A DNA stretch of 63,934 nt, filler included, from Perkinsus chesapeaki ATCC PRA-425 (Eukaryota > Protista > Perkinsozoa), in the NCBI GenBank assembly GCA_013115145.1. It is 3 parts of 3 records of this genome, joined end to end, with 100 filler letters (N's around TTAATTAATTAA, not from the genome) between each part and the next. Parts side by side here need not be neighbours in the genome. Positions count along the whole stretch, not along the records: positions 29,835 to 43,214 come from JAAPAO010000790.1; positions 43,315 to 63,934 come from JAAPAO010000615.1; 1 more part is not named here. The stretch is one strand, 5' to 3'. Below are positions 37,361 through 50,072 of the stretch, one piece after another. The notes beneath the pieces are model-generated. The model was given only the letters and a program-made list of their open reading frames with translations. It was not told where the DNA came from and searched no databases. Both the position numbers and the translations under genes were made by a program. Each line of letters starts with the position of its first letter. The first letter of the stretch is position 1.

Positions 37361-38851
37361 TCAAGTGCTGCTGAGGTCGTCAAAATCATGGGCTCTAGAG
37401 TCCCAGCTCATTCCGGCGCTGAAGCCATTCTCGTTAGATTTCATAGCGGCGGCAACCGCTACCTCTTGGCCACCGACTCGGTCCAACTGACCACCGCCAT
37501 AGGGAGAGTGATGTGAACAATGTTCCACCGTGGGGGCTACGTCAAGACGGAAGAAATCAACTATTCGAAAGAAGCCGAAAACCAGGAGACTGGATGCACC
37601 AACGAAAGCCATTATGACGACTACAGCCAAAAGCTGTATTCCGAACTGATAGCCGGCACCAACGTTTGGTGCAAAACTCATAGAGTCCATGCCTTTAGAA
37701 AAATCGAGCAAGGGTACCGCCAAGACACCCCATATTCCACAGATACCGTGTATAGGGAAGGCATCAACCGGGTCATCAATTTTTAATAAACGAATTGACC
37801 ATGATGCTATCTGATAACACAGCCCGGCAACGGCGCCTACTATGAGGGCGCCGCCTGGGGTGACGTTGGAGCAGGGCGCAGTGATGGAGACAAGGCCACC
37901 GAGAATCCCGTTACAGACTGCTCGCATGTCATACTTATGATACCGAAGGAGGAGGTACCTCAAAAGAAAGGTGGCAAGGCCTCCTGCAGAGGCAGCCAAA
38001 GAGACGTTGACTGCAATTAAGCCGGCAGAGAGCGCCTGGGCAGATGTGTGCATCGCGTGGGTTGAGCCCATGTTAAAGCCAAACCAACCAAACCAGAGGA
38101 AGAGGGTACCGAGGGCGATCAATGGTAGGGAATGCGGCTCAAACTCGGTCTGGTCAACTCCTTCGACGAATCGTCCTCGCCGAGGGCCTAATACAAGCGC
38201 ACCCACCAGCGCACCTGTACCACCAGTAAGATGAATGATGCCACTCCCGGCAAAGTCATAATATGGTGAATCAAACGAGGTACGAAGCCAACCATCTGGA
38301 TTCCAAGTCCAGGACACAATTAAGGGGTAGATGCCACCGACCATGATCGCCGAGTATATAACGTAACTCTCAATGCGCGCCCGCTCAGCTACGCCGCCGG
38401 AGACAATGGTTGCAGCAGTTGTGGAGTACGCCCAGTGGAAGAACCAAGTTGCCGTAGAGTAGGCCTCCGATGTAGGTGACACACTGCCGTCGGGCCATGA
38501 TAGCAGACCTTGCCCGAAGAACGCCTTTTCTGGCTCATTGAGACTGTAGGCTATAGCGAAGCCTGTGCCCCACCAGAACACACCGCCAACGGCAACATCA
38601 AGGACATTCTTGAGGAGGATGCTTTGAACGCTTGCTACTCTCACTGAACCAACTTCCAAGGAGGCAAAGCCGGCTTGCATGAAGAATATCAACGTACCAC
38701 ATATGAGGACCCAGATGGCATCTGTTGCATAGGATAGCTCTCTGATGGCCTCCTCCAGTGCGGTCAGCTGTGTGTCGTTGGTCGACGTCATCTGCAGCGT
38801 GCGGAGTTGTGACATTGGTGAGCTCGGCATGACCACCGATTCGGAGTCCAT
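37361..38851 (-). CDS. AMT: Ammonium transporter (Amt/Mep family), intronless; ORF extends to 38992
   Basis: FFMQAGFASLEVGSVR, TIVSGGVAER, DFAGSGIIHLTGG, FLWFGWFGFN, IDDPVDAFPIHGICG; twin His intact. Confidence 0.97.
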   Translation of the reverse strand: MDSESVVMPSSPMSQLRTLQMTSTNDTQLTALEEAIRELSYATDAIWVLICGTLIFFMQAGFASLEVGSVRVASVQSILLKNVLDVAVGGVFWWGTGFAIAYSLNEPEKAFFGQGLLSWPDGSVSPTSEAYSTATWFFHWAYSTTAATIVSGGVAERARIESYVIYSAIMVGGIYPLIVSWTWNPDGWLRTSFDSPYYDFAGSGIIHLTGGTGALVGALVLGPRRGRFVEGVDQTEFEPHSLPLIALGTLFLWFGWFGFNMGSTHAMHTSAQALSAGLIAVNVSLAASAGGLATFLLRYLLLRYHKYDMRAVCNGILGGLVSITAPCSNVTPGGALIVGAVAGLCYQIASWSIRLLKIDDPVDAFPIHGICGIWGVLAVPLLDFSKGMDSMSFAPNVGAGYQFGIQLLAVVVIMAFVGASSLLVFGFFRIVDFFRLDVAPTVEHCSHHSPYGGGQLDRVGGQEVAVAAAMKSNENGFSAGMSWDSRAHDFDDLSST

Positions 38852-39574
38852 CGGGTAAGGTAATGACCGAGCACCCCAATGGCCAGCAAGCGCCGCTAAA
38901 ACGTAAAGACGCAATCTTAACGCCGCCGCCTTCCTGGGCATAAAACTTACAGATCCCAACTGTACTGGGAAGTTAAGTTGACGATAACACAAAGCCAGTT
39001 GGAGGAAAAGTACATCTTCTTGAAACTAAGTCAACCCATCAGTGGTGGTGGCGGCGTTCATCATCATCGTCAGAAAGCTTATCTTCGATAAGAGCATCTG
39101 ACAAAGGCGGCTGGTCGAGGTGTGCAACAGCGAGAAACTTACAGTTCAGAGCGCACAGGGCTGAGATGAGACTCAGCTGAATCATCGTAGACTTCCACGG
39201 CAGGTTCGATATGATGTCCTGGATATATGAATAAGCCATGGCATAACACTACAGCTGCTCACCATCAGTGGTTGAGGATCTGGCAGATTCGGGTTGTCGC
39301 TCTGACACCTAAGGATCGTCGACAGGCTGAGGAACGGTGTTGTCAAGACTGCCCCATGGCCGACAAGGCATGCCCGAAGCTGAGGACAGCAAGATAGACT
39401 AGTCGAGGCGTCTGGCCAGATAGCAACCCACCACAAGTTCATCGGTTTTGTCCAGTTTAGGGTGTCGAGCCCTCAACAGGGACATCATCCATTGGGAGAA
39501 CTCCTCGTAGGACAAGGACAGGAGGTATGGTATAACACCGGACCACAGACCACCAACACCATCGTACCTATCAC

Positions 39575-39640
39575 ATATGCCGGATTCGAACCCACGCCCT
39601 TTTGAAAGGCAAACAACCGCTCCCCCTACTGGACTTACTT
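39575..39640 (-). pseudogene. tRNA-derived remnant (SINE-head-like)
   Basis: Minus strand AGTCCAGTAGG (A-box-like) then GGGCGTGGGTTCGAATCC (B-box); no full cloverleaf found. Confidence 0.35.
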
Positions 39641-40035
39641 GATGGTCTCTTTCAAACACTGTTCTAAGCTACAGTCCAATATAGGATCCTGCCCATATAC
39701 AGCAATACGAGCTGTTGCCAATAACAAAGGATAGGTCACAAACTCCACACCGTACCTGCAACATCATGCCTGCTACGTGACGGAGGCATCCTTCACAGTC
39801 CCGACAGACTCGAACACTCAAAGTGTTTCCAGACCGCAAAAGACTGCAGCCGACTTTACTTAGGAGTCGGCTAAATCTATTCCAATATTGTCAAAGGTCT
39901 ACGGAGCTTCCTACTTAAATGACGAATGGAATTTGGGATCGAATGAGTCGAGAAATGTGGAATACAATGCCGCAACCGCTCGCGAATCTCACGAACAGCC
40001 GGGCGTTACTACTACAAATTGGGTCAACTACCATA

Positions 40036-40070
40036 AAATGCCGGGCCTGGGATTCGAACCCATGACCTTT
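40036..40070 (-). pseudogene. 3' fragment of a tRNA-like sequence
   Basis: Minus strand GGTCATGGGTTCGAATCCCAGGCCCGGCA followed by TTTT; 5' half absent. Confidence 0.4.
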
Positions 40071-40249
40071 CCTCTACTACTTAAACACAGTCTTCTTTTT
40101 ATGACTGACTCCAGGTCCAGAAGCTGGGTACTTGAGAATAACCTTCGCGCAGCTATGTAGTATATTAACCTATCAACAGACTATGAACAACTAAAGGCAC
40201 CAGCGGAGCAAACTCGGGAGATTGAAAGTTTCCTTTTCCACTAGGATCA

Positions 40250-42716
40250 TTTTATACTCTACCTCCATAATAGATAATACTCCCTATCCTCGTTCCTCGG
40301 ACAACACAGTTACATAACACTCGATTCCTATCTGTTCCAGCCATGTTCAAGAATAGCCCCAGCCAAGAGGCTGTCCTGAGCTGCCTGTTCGTCAAGTGAA
40401 TTAATGCATGCCTCGAACTCAAATTGTGGAGCGCCGAATTTTTCGCTATGACGTTTGGGCCAGGGATCCTCTCCTCATTCACCACAAATTACCATTCCAA
40501 CTCTTCAAGTGCCCGGTATTACCTCAACGCCTCTGTACAATGCTCCAACACCATAAACATATTTAATATCCTTCATCTTATGGAGCACCAAAGGCATGCG
40601 TATCTTCTCAGCCTTCCGCAAAGCCAATAACTCCGGCTCCTTGTACACCAACAAACGAGAGTTAGCCTGATCCAAATCTATCCAGATGAAGCTTCCATCT
40701 TCATTACCAGGAACATCGGGTAGGTTAGGAGGAGTGTTGGAGAGGGGACCATGTCCCGCAGGAGCTGCCGTCCCGAGTAGGTGGTGGTATCCTCTTGTGT
40801 CATTGATAAGAAACAAACCCTACCAGAAACAACCCTAGCAGTAATTGGGTAATTTAAAGCACAAAGCATTGGGGAGGGTGAGGGATATCAATGATTAAGC
40901 TTGGATAAGTCCGATTAACTTCCGTAAAGGAAAGAAGAAGGCAAGCTCATGTAACATGGCCACTAGTAGAGGTCAGGATGAATCTTTCAAGTTCCTCTGG
41001 AGCACGCTTCAACCTAAGATACCCCATATTCGGCCGAAAGATGCTTCCACGGTTACTCTAGTTCATGCTTCCTTTGTATGAACTGCCTGAGATTTGAGCT
41101 CCGCTCCGCCAACTCGTTGAGTTCTTTTTCACTACACAAGCTCCTTTCATCAAACCCAGCCCATCACCCTACTATTACCGCTGCCTCAGCCGCTCACTCC
41201 TCTCCCGCTCGATTTTCGTCACTGCGCCACGAATTTCCCTGCTATGCTGAGCCACTAGCTGCTCTATCTTCCTATGGAAACTTAGGGAGAAAATATGTCC
41301 CACCGGATAGCCCAGTGGCCCCTACCGTCGACCGACCTCCTCGGCGGCCCTAGCTTCGTCCCTCTGCCTCAACTTTCGCAGCTTGCCTTGCAGCCGTGAA
41401 GCTCCGTCGAAGTCCTCTAGAGCAGACAAGTTAAGCGTCAGCGATACCTCTCCGAACTACCAATATTGCAAACAGCTTTGAATTGTTTTTCCATATCACG
41501 CCGCTCGGTCGAGAGCGCGAGTCCATATCTGCTACTCTGGGATTCCCTTGCCTCCAGCTGGTCCATCTGTGAAGGTTACATCATTCAGCTCCCTTCCTCT
41601 TAACAGATGGAATTGCTCTTCTTAAGAGTATTACCAACACGCATATGTGATTGAGCCAGTGTGGGTCAACGAAGTATATCAGAAGACGCTAAGGCAGCCA
41701 TGCATCGCAAAGAGGACAGACGTATAATATTGTGTTAGCCGATGACATTATGAAGCATTATAAAGCATCTAGGAACAACCGTCCGGCGTTAGGGTGGCCA
41801 ATTAACGGCTATGACTGGGACATGTTTGATGATGACTACTACCATGAATGTCTACCGCCTACGAACAGCTCTATTTTCTTAGAATGACCTATGCGTCAAA
41901 CGGCTGAATATGACCCTGGGGGGTTACAGTTTCCCATAGTTAGTCTATCACCTCATCCATATGCCTTTGTTTCACTCTGTTTAACATCGCAAATGCCCGA
42001 ACCTCGAATTCGACCATATAGCGGTCCCACGTCCGCAGCAAGGCATTATGACGTTGTTGTATCAACTGCGGAGCCCCTTTAACGCCTTTCTTTCGATCAT
42101 CAATTCTACCTTCTCGACCTTGTCCAGCTCGTCCTTGTGCCTCTTCATAATATCATCGCAACGCAATGACTGATATAACGCTGTCCCTTCCGCATCCAAG
42201 CAGCTCTCACCTCGGCAATAACCCTCTTAGCACCCTCCCAATCTCCCGACCTGTAACGTGCATCATTCCATGAAAGAGTAGTACCTCGTCTTACTCTCTG
42301 AGGCGTCTAACTGCAAGCTTAGGCCCTTCCGATTGGCTTTGTGCCTTGGAGATAGCTCCGGCCAACTGCAGCCAGCGGTGGCATGCCACTCACTAATACA
42401 CTGCCTACCTCTTTAATGGACACGTAACCGTCACTACATCCTTCACACTGAGAAAAGAGCATGTAATTGCGTTACGAGTGACAGAGGTTACGGACAAACC
42501 GCTAGAGGAAATCAAACTTACCAAGAGAGCTTCAACGGCAGCACAGACATCGTCGTCATGCCCGAGAGCACTTCGCAACAGATTCGGTATCCGCGAGACA
42601 TGCAGTTTGCCTGCAGTGAAGCGTGCCATGACGAAGAGGTCAAGCTTACCTTGATGGCTTTGGGCGAACTCATTTATGACCGTAATAATGTTACTAGCTG
42701 CCAGTCGAGTTGACAT
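40250..42716 (-). pseudogene. Decayed coding relic (stop-riddled helical frames), origin unknown, possibly TE
   Basis: Protein-like frames (40505-40816, 41100-41600, 42050-42716) broken by stops. Confidence 0.3.
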
Positions 42717-43214
42717 GTCGGTAGGGCTTGCATTTCAATGAACTTTGGAAAATATCCAATATAGAGTCGGTACGTCAGTGTTATCGTTATTAATAATCTC
42801 CCTAATACCTTTTTAGGAAACTTCAATACTCTTATATGCGCAATTGATGCCCTTATACGACCCCTACCGCTGAATTGATGTCCCTATGGGCGTAAACGCT
42901 GTCCTTACTCGCCAAGTTGGTGGCCGTAAGGGCGGGAAAGATTTCTGAAAGGTATAGTTGGAATGAACCGTTTTGAAGCCCATTCCGAAATCATCTCGAA
43001 AAGTTTCGGAAGATACCCAAAGAAACGACCGGAACTTCGCATCGACTTGCATCCACTTTTTTCACCAACAACTTGGGAGTGAATTTCACCAACCCCGGAG
43101 ATATGCCTTAAAATGTACAAAGGAAGGATCGCAAGGGAGCAAGTGTGGCGTGCGAAGGCTCACCGCCGTTCTCGCTCGCCAAGATATCTTTTTGTGTAGA
43201 AGAAACCGCTAGGC

Positions 43215-43314
43215 NNNNNNNNNNNNNNNNNNNNNNNNNNNNNNNNNNNNNNNNNNNNTTAATTAATTAANNNNNNNNNNNNNNNNNNNNNNNNNNNNNN
43301 NNNNNNNNNNNNNN
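43215..43314. other. Artificial contig join
   Basis: 44 N + TTAATTAATTAA + 44 N. Confidence 0.95.
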
Positions 43315-43586
43315 TTGTACTCATTGTCATGTATAAGACAAGTGCGGCGAACTTAGTTCACTCACGGACTAGTTCTAGTATTCCTCCCCACCCCGGGTAG
43401 TTTCTTCAGTGCCGTATTTTCGAAAGCTACGGCCAGAAACCTACGGACTAGCTCGTCTTCGGCACTGTTAATGGTTCGTAGTTTTCTGAGTCAAGCTTTT
43501 GGAAGGGGCTTCGCCTCCTATTTGGATCAGCATGGGGGTGGCCGGAAGGGCTGTGGGGTGTTCTCTGGTCTCTCCAAGTAGAGATC

Positions 43587-43728
43587 GGTGCTGCAGCTAG
43601 CCATACCACTCTAACACGTCCCCCTTTGCGGTGCAGCAGCTAGCCATACCACTCTAACACGTCCCCCTTTGCGGTGCAGCAGGTAGCCATACCACTCTAA
43701 CACGTCCCCCTTTGCGGTGCAGCAGCTA
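43587..43728. repeat. 43-bp tandem repeat, 3 full copies plus partials
   Basis: AGCTAGCCATACCACTCTAACACGTCCCCCTTTGCGGTGCAGC at 43595, 43638, 43681 (one substitution). Confidence 0.95.
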
Positions 43729-44989
43729 ATGCTGGCGGGTGATAATATTTGAATTCACTCATCCATTTCATCACTTAGACTCTCGTGTAAAGTTAAGACA
43801 GGGCTCTAACTGCCGACACCAACACCGCCGCCGTCGTATTCTGTTGGAACGTATCCAGTCACGCGTATCCTGTAAACTATGATTCCACTGTAGAATAATG
43901 CAGATTGTGTCTTATAGTTCACTTGGCCGAAGCAGAAACCAATGATCATTATACGCTTAACAATTTGGTTAAGTCATACAGCCTCTTGGATGATCCAGGG
44001 TTCTAACAATTCGCTTTGATTATGAATAATATGACCGACTATTTCACCTACTTGTATGTGAAGACCCACTACCAACCGAAAAGGGTGTGAACTAACACAT
44101 CAGCGAACCTGTAACACTAACTTCCCACTATGGGACCGCCCCCCCCCCCCTTGGCACCCCTTACTCTCTTCCTGATTCTCAATATACATATCACTTATCT
44201 TACAACCTGCAGCAGCAGCAGCTCTGTTATAGCTCTTAGAGCTGAGAACGTGCCGCGTCACCAAAGGACGCCTACGAGCCTGAGGTTCACCCTGCAACAG
44301 TCTGTTGCCAACAGCCTCCAACAGCTCTTCTACAGCAGCTGCATCTTTCTGATGTTTTAATATGTATGAGCTTTATTAAATGTATTGCAGTGGTATCATC
44401 GTGGTTGGTAAAAGTTGAATTATACGAGTTGAAGCGGGGCGTATACGAATCGTATAATGCTATGGGATGATGAAAACATGACACTCGACGAGCACCTTTG
44501 TACGAACGCTTTTCTATTCTGAAACTACAGCAGCAAAATGGCAGCAGCCAAGCTGGATGAAATAACGATGGTTGAACAGAGAAGATAAAATGAGACCGCT
44601 GGATCATCACCAACTGGCCACTGTCCACTGGACGACGTAATTATACGGCGGACAGACTAACTCAGGCAATCACTCCCCTCTCGAGCTTTGTATTATTTTT
44701 AAACCTTCAAACTTGACGATTTATTATGTGATTATCAACCACTGACACTGAACTTTATCACTCCTCCACTTTTCTCTTATTGTACTGCTGCCCATGCCGG
44801 GCTACATCCAGCAGCTACATTCATACTACTCAACTAATGGGCATTGTTGTCTGTTCTGACTTCTTCCGTCTCATAAGTTGTTTAAACTTATTACTTAAGA
44901 GGAATGCCTAACGTAAGGTAGTAGTAATAATAATAATTGAATAATTGAACACAATATGTTATTGTTCTTATTGTTGGATTATTATGTTA

Positions 44990-47900
44990 TTATGTTGTAT
45001 TATTATTGTTATTGCTCATTAGTGCTTCTTGTTCTATTGATAACATCTTTTTTGTGAAATCCTCTATAATATTACCAGTATGTCTAATAACAAAGGAGGA
45101 GATGATGATATTACAATAATTGTTATTGTTGTTTTTGTAATATCGGTTACCTATTAATTTGTGCAATTAAATCATTATCCTTAGATGTTGCTGATTGTAT
45201 ATAATTATTAATCTCATCGGAGAGTATAGCACTCTGTGACCTGATAATGATGATGGTTGTGATGATCATACATTACTTCTTATTATTATTACTCAGCAAA
45301 TTGAGCTGAATTATCAGTCTTATGCTTTAGTTCATTAATATCACTTTTAAAGCTGTCAAGTAATGGTTTATCATTCGACAAAGTCCTATAATTATTATAT
45401 AACTTATATGTCTATCATTTTTATTATTACTCATCAACTTTTCTAGATATATCCTTCGCTATATCATCATTATTTTTATCTGTAAAGATACGATTAATGT
45501 ATACAACATTATAAAACAACAACATAATAAGTATTATTACAAGCTCCATTATAGTCTGCAAGATAGTATTCAAAATTATTTTGTAAATCTGATAATCTTC
45601 CTTTAATATTACTACTTTCAAAACCAGCCTAAATATGGTATTATAGTAATGTTTATTATCATTATTATTATTAATTACCTCTTTAATCAATAGTGATACT
45701 AATAAAGCCAAGTCTTTAACTGCTTTACCCAGTCTTTCAGTTCTATCTTCCGCCACAACTCTTGCTGAATTAGCACTACTGATTATCAACTCAGTTTGTG
45801 CCCTAAAGTATTAGTTGTTATTATTATTAATATTATTATTATTATTACTGAGCTATATTATTTATTGATTTATATTCTGCTTCAGTAGTATTTCCCATAA
45901 TATCAATTCTTTCATTATATCCATTCACTGCAATATCATTATACCCTAATATATTCCCCATTTTTATAATATATTCTTCAACATTATCAATATATTTTCG
46001 TAACCTATCTATATCATCACGACGCTTATCGTTCACTATATTATTGGATTCTTCTAAGGACTTTATCACATTCTCGTTAATATACTCTAGTTTCTTTTTA
46101 AAATTAGTTAAATCATTATTAATTGATTTTCTGATAATAGCATAATCTTTAGCTGTTATTCCAGCTTCTTTTTCGAGCCTTTCTTGTATATAATTATGCA
46201 TATTTTCTCCAGTTAAGCCCATATTTTCAGCCTCAGATGTAACAATATATAGTGTATTTGCTAAAGTATCATGTCTCTCATCATTATCTTCTTTATTTCT
46301 ATCAATACTATCAATAATATCTCTAAAGTTCTTAATCTCAAACTGTTCTAGACCATTATATTGTCCTTCAAATGTATTAAATTGTGCTTTAATATTATCA
46401 TCATAAATCTTGTCATCATTCTCCATCCTATTAGTTAACTTGTCAACCATTTCTTCTACTTTAATTTTATCATCATTTGCATATTCTTTTAATAATTCCG
46501 CTGAATTCTTAACTTCATTTTCAACTCCTTCAATTTCTTTATATAACTTTTTCATAGTATTATCCACTTTTCCATCCCTCTCTCGTCCCTCTAGTTCTAT
46601 CATTCTTTTATATTTTTCATATTCATATTTACCCTTATTATCATCTTTATCTAATTCTCCTGTTAGTTCACTAATAATCCTATCGCGTTTAGGTAATAGT
46701 GTATTATACATCGCTTCAGCATCTTTAACCTTTTCATCAGCTTTAGTACCCTCTATACGAATATTATCCTCCTGATCAAGTATTAATCTCATTTGCCTCC
46801 TTAATGCTATATCATTTTTATTATTTCCCGTTATAATATCCTCACCCTCTTTATGCACTAAGCCTTGTAATACTTCATCAGTTGTATGAATTTCATGATC
46901 CTCTTCCACTGCAGCGTTATGAAGATCTTTTTCTTCAACGTTGCGTGAATGTAGTAATTCTTTATTCATTTCCTTAGTAAATCCTTCCTTTGCAGATCTT
47001 TGCATAGATTCTATATCTACTAACCCTTCATGTATCTTATGTATTATTGTATTATCATTTCCTTCCATTATATTTAGCTCTAATAATGCTTTTAACATGT
47101 GTCCAGTAGTAATACCATTATTATGTAATAACTCAGCTAGTTTATTAGATGTAAATGATGATGCATCATTTTCTGCATCAGCTATTATATGATTTAATAA
47201 TGTCCTTGCTTTATTCATACTTACCTCATCTTCACTTTTAATTTCTTTATAACCCATTTTACTCATAAAATTTAATATTTTACTTTCCTTCCTTAATCTT
47301 AATGTTTCCCTTTTAATAGGATCTTCCTCATTTTGAATCTCCTTTTCCATCAATTCAAGCTCTTTTAATATATCTTTAACACCGTTATATGATGCGGTAA
47401 TAGCTTTATCAGTATTAAATGTACCATCATTATTTGATGATAATATACCATTATCTTCTATATTAAGCATTTTCTCAAACTGTTCTCCATATAATAATTT
47501 TAACCGTAATAATTCAGCAATATCAGCTTTATTATATTCACCAGATGCACCGTTAAGTCTTATTATTAATTTTTTAATTCTATTTTTTTCTTCTTCTGAT
47601 AACTTTTCCATATTAATCTCATTAATAGACATTTTACCCTCAATATTTCCAATAGATCTACTTAATCTTCCTTCACTATTAACTATACTATTTCCTAATC
47701 TTCCTTTAATATCTTTATCAGCTATCAACATAGCTCTATCAGCATCTTCCACTCCTCTTGTTTGATATAAAACATCCTTCTCTGTGTTACCGTTTAAAGC
47801 AGCTAATAATATATTGTAAGTCCTTGCCCTTTGTGATGCATCACCCTCATTATTAGATATTACTCTTGATAAATCATTTGTCATTGAATTTATTAATCTA

Positions 47901-49904
47901 GACATACTATTAGCATCATTATTAGAAGCTGTGTTTAGTGTTGAGCCTTTTTCATCTATTTCCTTATCCATATTATCTTTCAACATATCTAATATATTTA
48001 AATAATTAACTTCTTCATTATTAATATCATCTCCCAAATCAACCACTGTTTTTGTCGATTCTCTCAGATTAGATTTATAATTTCTTAATGCAGAATGTGT
48101 TTTTAGTCCATACGTGTTCAATAAATTACCAAAATCTCTAATTAAGTCATCATATAATCTTATTGTCTCACCATGTACTTCATTACCTCGTCTTCTTGTA
48201 TTCTTAAATATATTATCAAATTCTCTTTGTGCAGCCTTCGACTTATGCTTATATCCTCTTTTATCAGATTTAATAGAATACTCAACAGATTTACTAACAT
48301 CGTTTGCTTTCTTTTCTAAAACGCTTATCTCTTTCGGTAAAATACTCTTTAATTTATTCTCTTTTCTAGATACTAGTTCTGTACCATAAACTGATATACT
48401 TTTACCACTTGCATCAGCTCTCATTTTTATCATATTTTTAACTTTCTCTAATTTACCCTCATCCTTAGCGAATTTCTCTTCAGTCTCAACTGATTTATTA
48501 TTAATAAATTCATCTTCATCTTTCAATATTTCTTTCGCTAATCTTTTCCCACTTTCTTTAACTTTATGTCGTAACATCTCCGCTGCATCCTCTAACTTCA
48601 TCATTGATTTCCTCCAATCCCTATCTTCTGTATAAGTTGCTTTAACAAGTCCAACAGATTGTGATGATACTTCTCTCGTTATAAATCCGACTTCCTCCAT
48701 AATACGTTTATTAATATCTTTCCTCAAATCTGTTAATATCCCTTTACCATCATCTTCAAGCCTTTTTAATTCATGAAATATATTATCATAACTCCTTCTA
48801 ACTTTACGTTGTTCTGTTATTATAGATTCACCCAATTGTCTTCGTAACTTTATTAAACCATCAGAGCTAAAATAAAAACAAAATTGTATTAATAATTATT
48901 AGATTACCAATTTTACGTATTTCTACCTATAAGTACTTACTTATCCTTATCAACTTTTCCTCGTAATATTTTAATAACTTCTTGGTTATTAACTAATAAA
49001 CTCTCTACTTGTCTTAAACTAATAACAATAATAATAACACATTGACACTAACAAGGGTATTATAATTACAATTGAATAACTGCTCTCATAAAAGATGGTA
49101 TATTTGTATTTAATTCTTCTCGTATATGAGCCTCCATATCATATTCTCTATTACCAGCATTATCCATTGATATACGATCATCACTTTTATTCAAAAGATA
49201 TTCTTCGTGTTCTTTACGACTAAATGGATAATAAATATAATAATGGTTTATTAATTATATTATTTCACTACTTACCTTGATGATGTATCACCGTATCTTT
49301 TGACCATATATTTAACCCATGTTTCTAATGCTTTTAATGGATCAGTCATGTCCTCTTGTGATAATGGTAGATGATCTCGGATACCAAGTTTTCTTTCCCA
49401 GAATTCTTTTGAACCAATAGGTTTAACTTTATCATCAAATATATTTTTAGCACCATTACCAACTTTATTAACAAATACATCTTCCATTTTATCTTTTGCT
49501 GTATTAAAACCTTTTTCAACATTACCTCCAACTTTATTAACAAATACATCTTCCGTTTTATGTGTAAAATCATTCCATCCATTAGTCACAGGATCAGCAA
49601 CCTTTTCATCCCACCAGTTACGATCACCAACTTTTTTAACATTCGATACGAAATCACCAAAACCTTTGTTGTTGTTTTCAATAAATGATGAGTTATCTTC
49701 CCTCATATTATTATAATGATCTAAACCTATATCATTATATTTCAATGTTGAGGATGATGAAGATAAACGTATAAGAATTGATGATAATAATAATAATCTT
49801 ATTGTATTGAGGGGTTGGAGAAAAGGTTTAAACCACTGCTGCCCCCTCCCCCGCCCCCACTGCTGCTGCTGTTTATTATTATACAAAGATACATTATTCA
49901 ACAT
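44990..49904 (-). CDS. Giant probably secreted coiled-coil protein, paralog 1 (start codon uncertain)
   Basis: Exon 49272-49904 with hydrophobic stretch and SSFIE; long exon opening GLIKLRRQLGE (ORF 45845-48835); last exon RHTGNIIEDFTKKMLSI. Confidence 0.8.
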
Positions 49905-50072
49905 ACAAAAATATTAATAATGATGTAGTAGCTAATATGAAAGATATTATTATTATTATTATTAACAACAAGAAGCCCAACTAGAAGAGTTTAATAATAA
50001 AATATATGTATGACACCAGTATTATTATTATCATCATCACATGATATGAGTAGTATCATTACTACGATTATG

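Noticed and set aside
39575-40070. Intact tRNA genes
   Set aside because: T-arm/B-box present but no matching acceptor stem, D-arm and anticodon arm could be folded
43407-43467. Tiny element with CAGTGCCG/CGGCACTG inverted ends
   Set aside because: Only 8 bp of inversion and no target-site duplication
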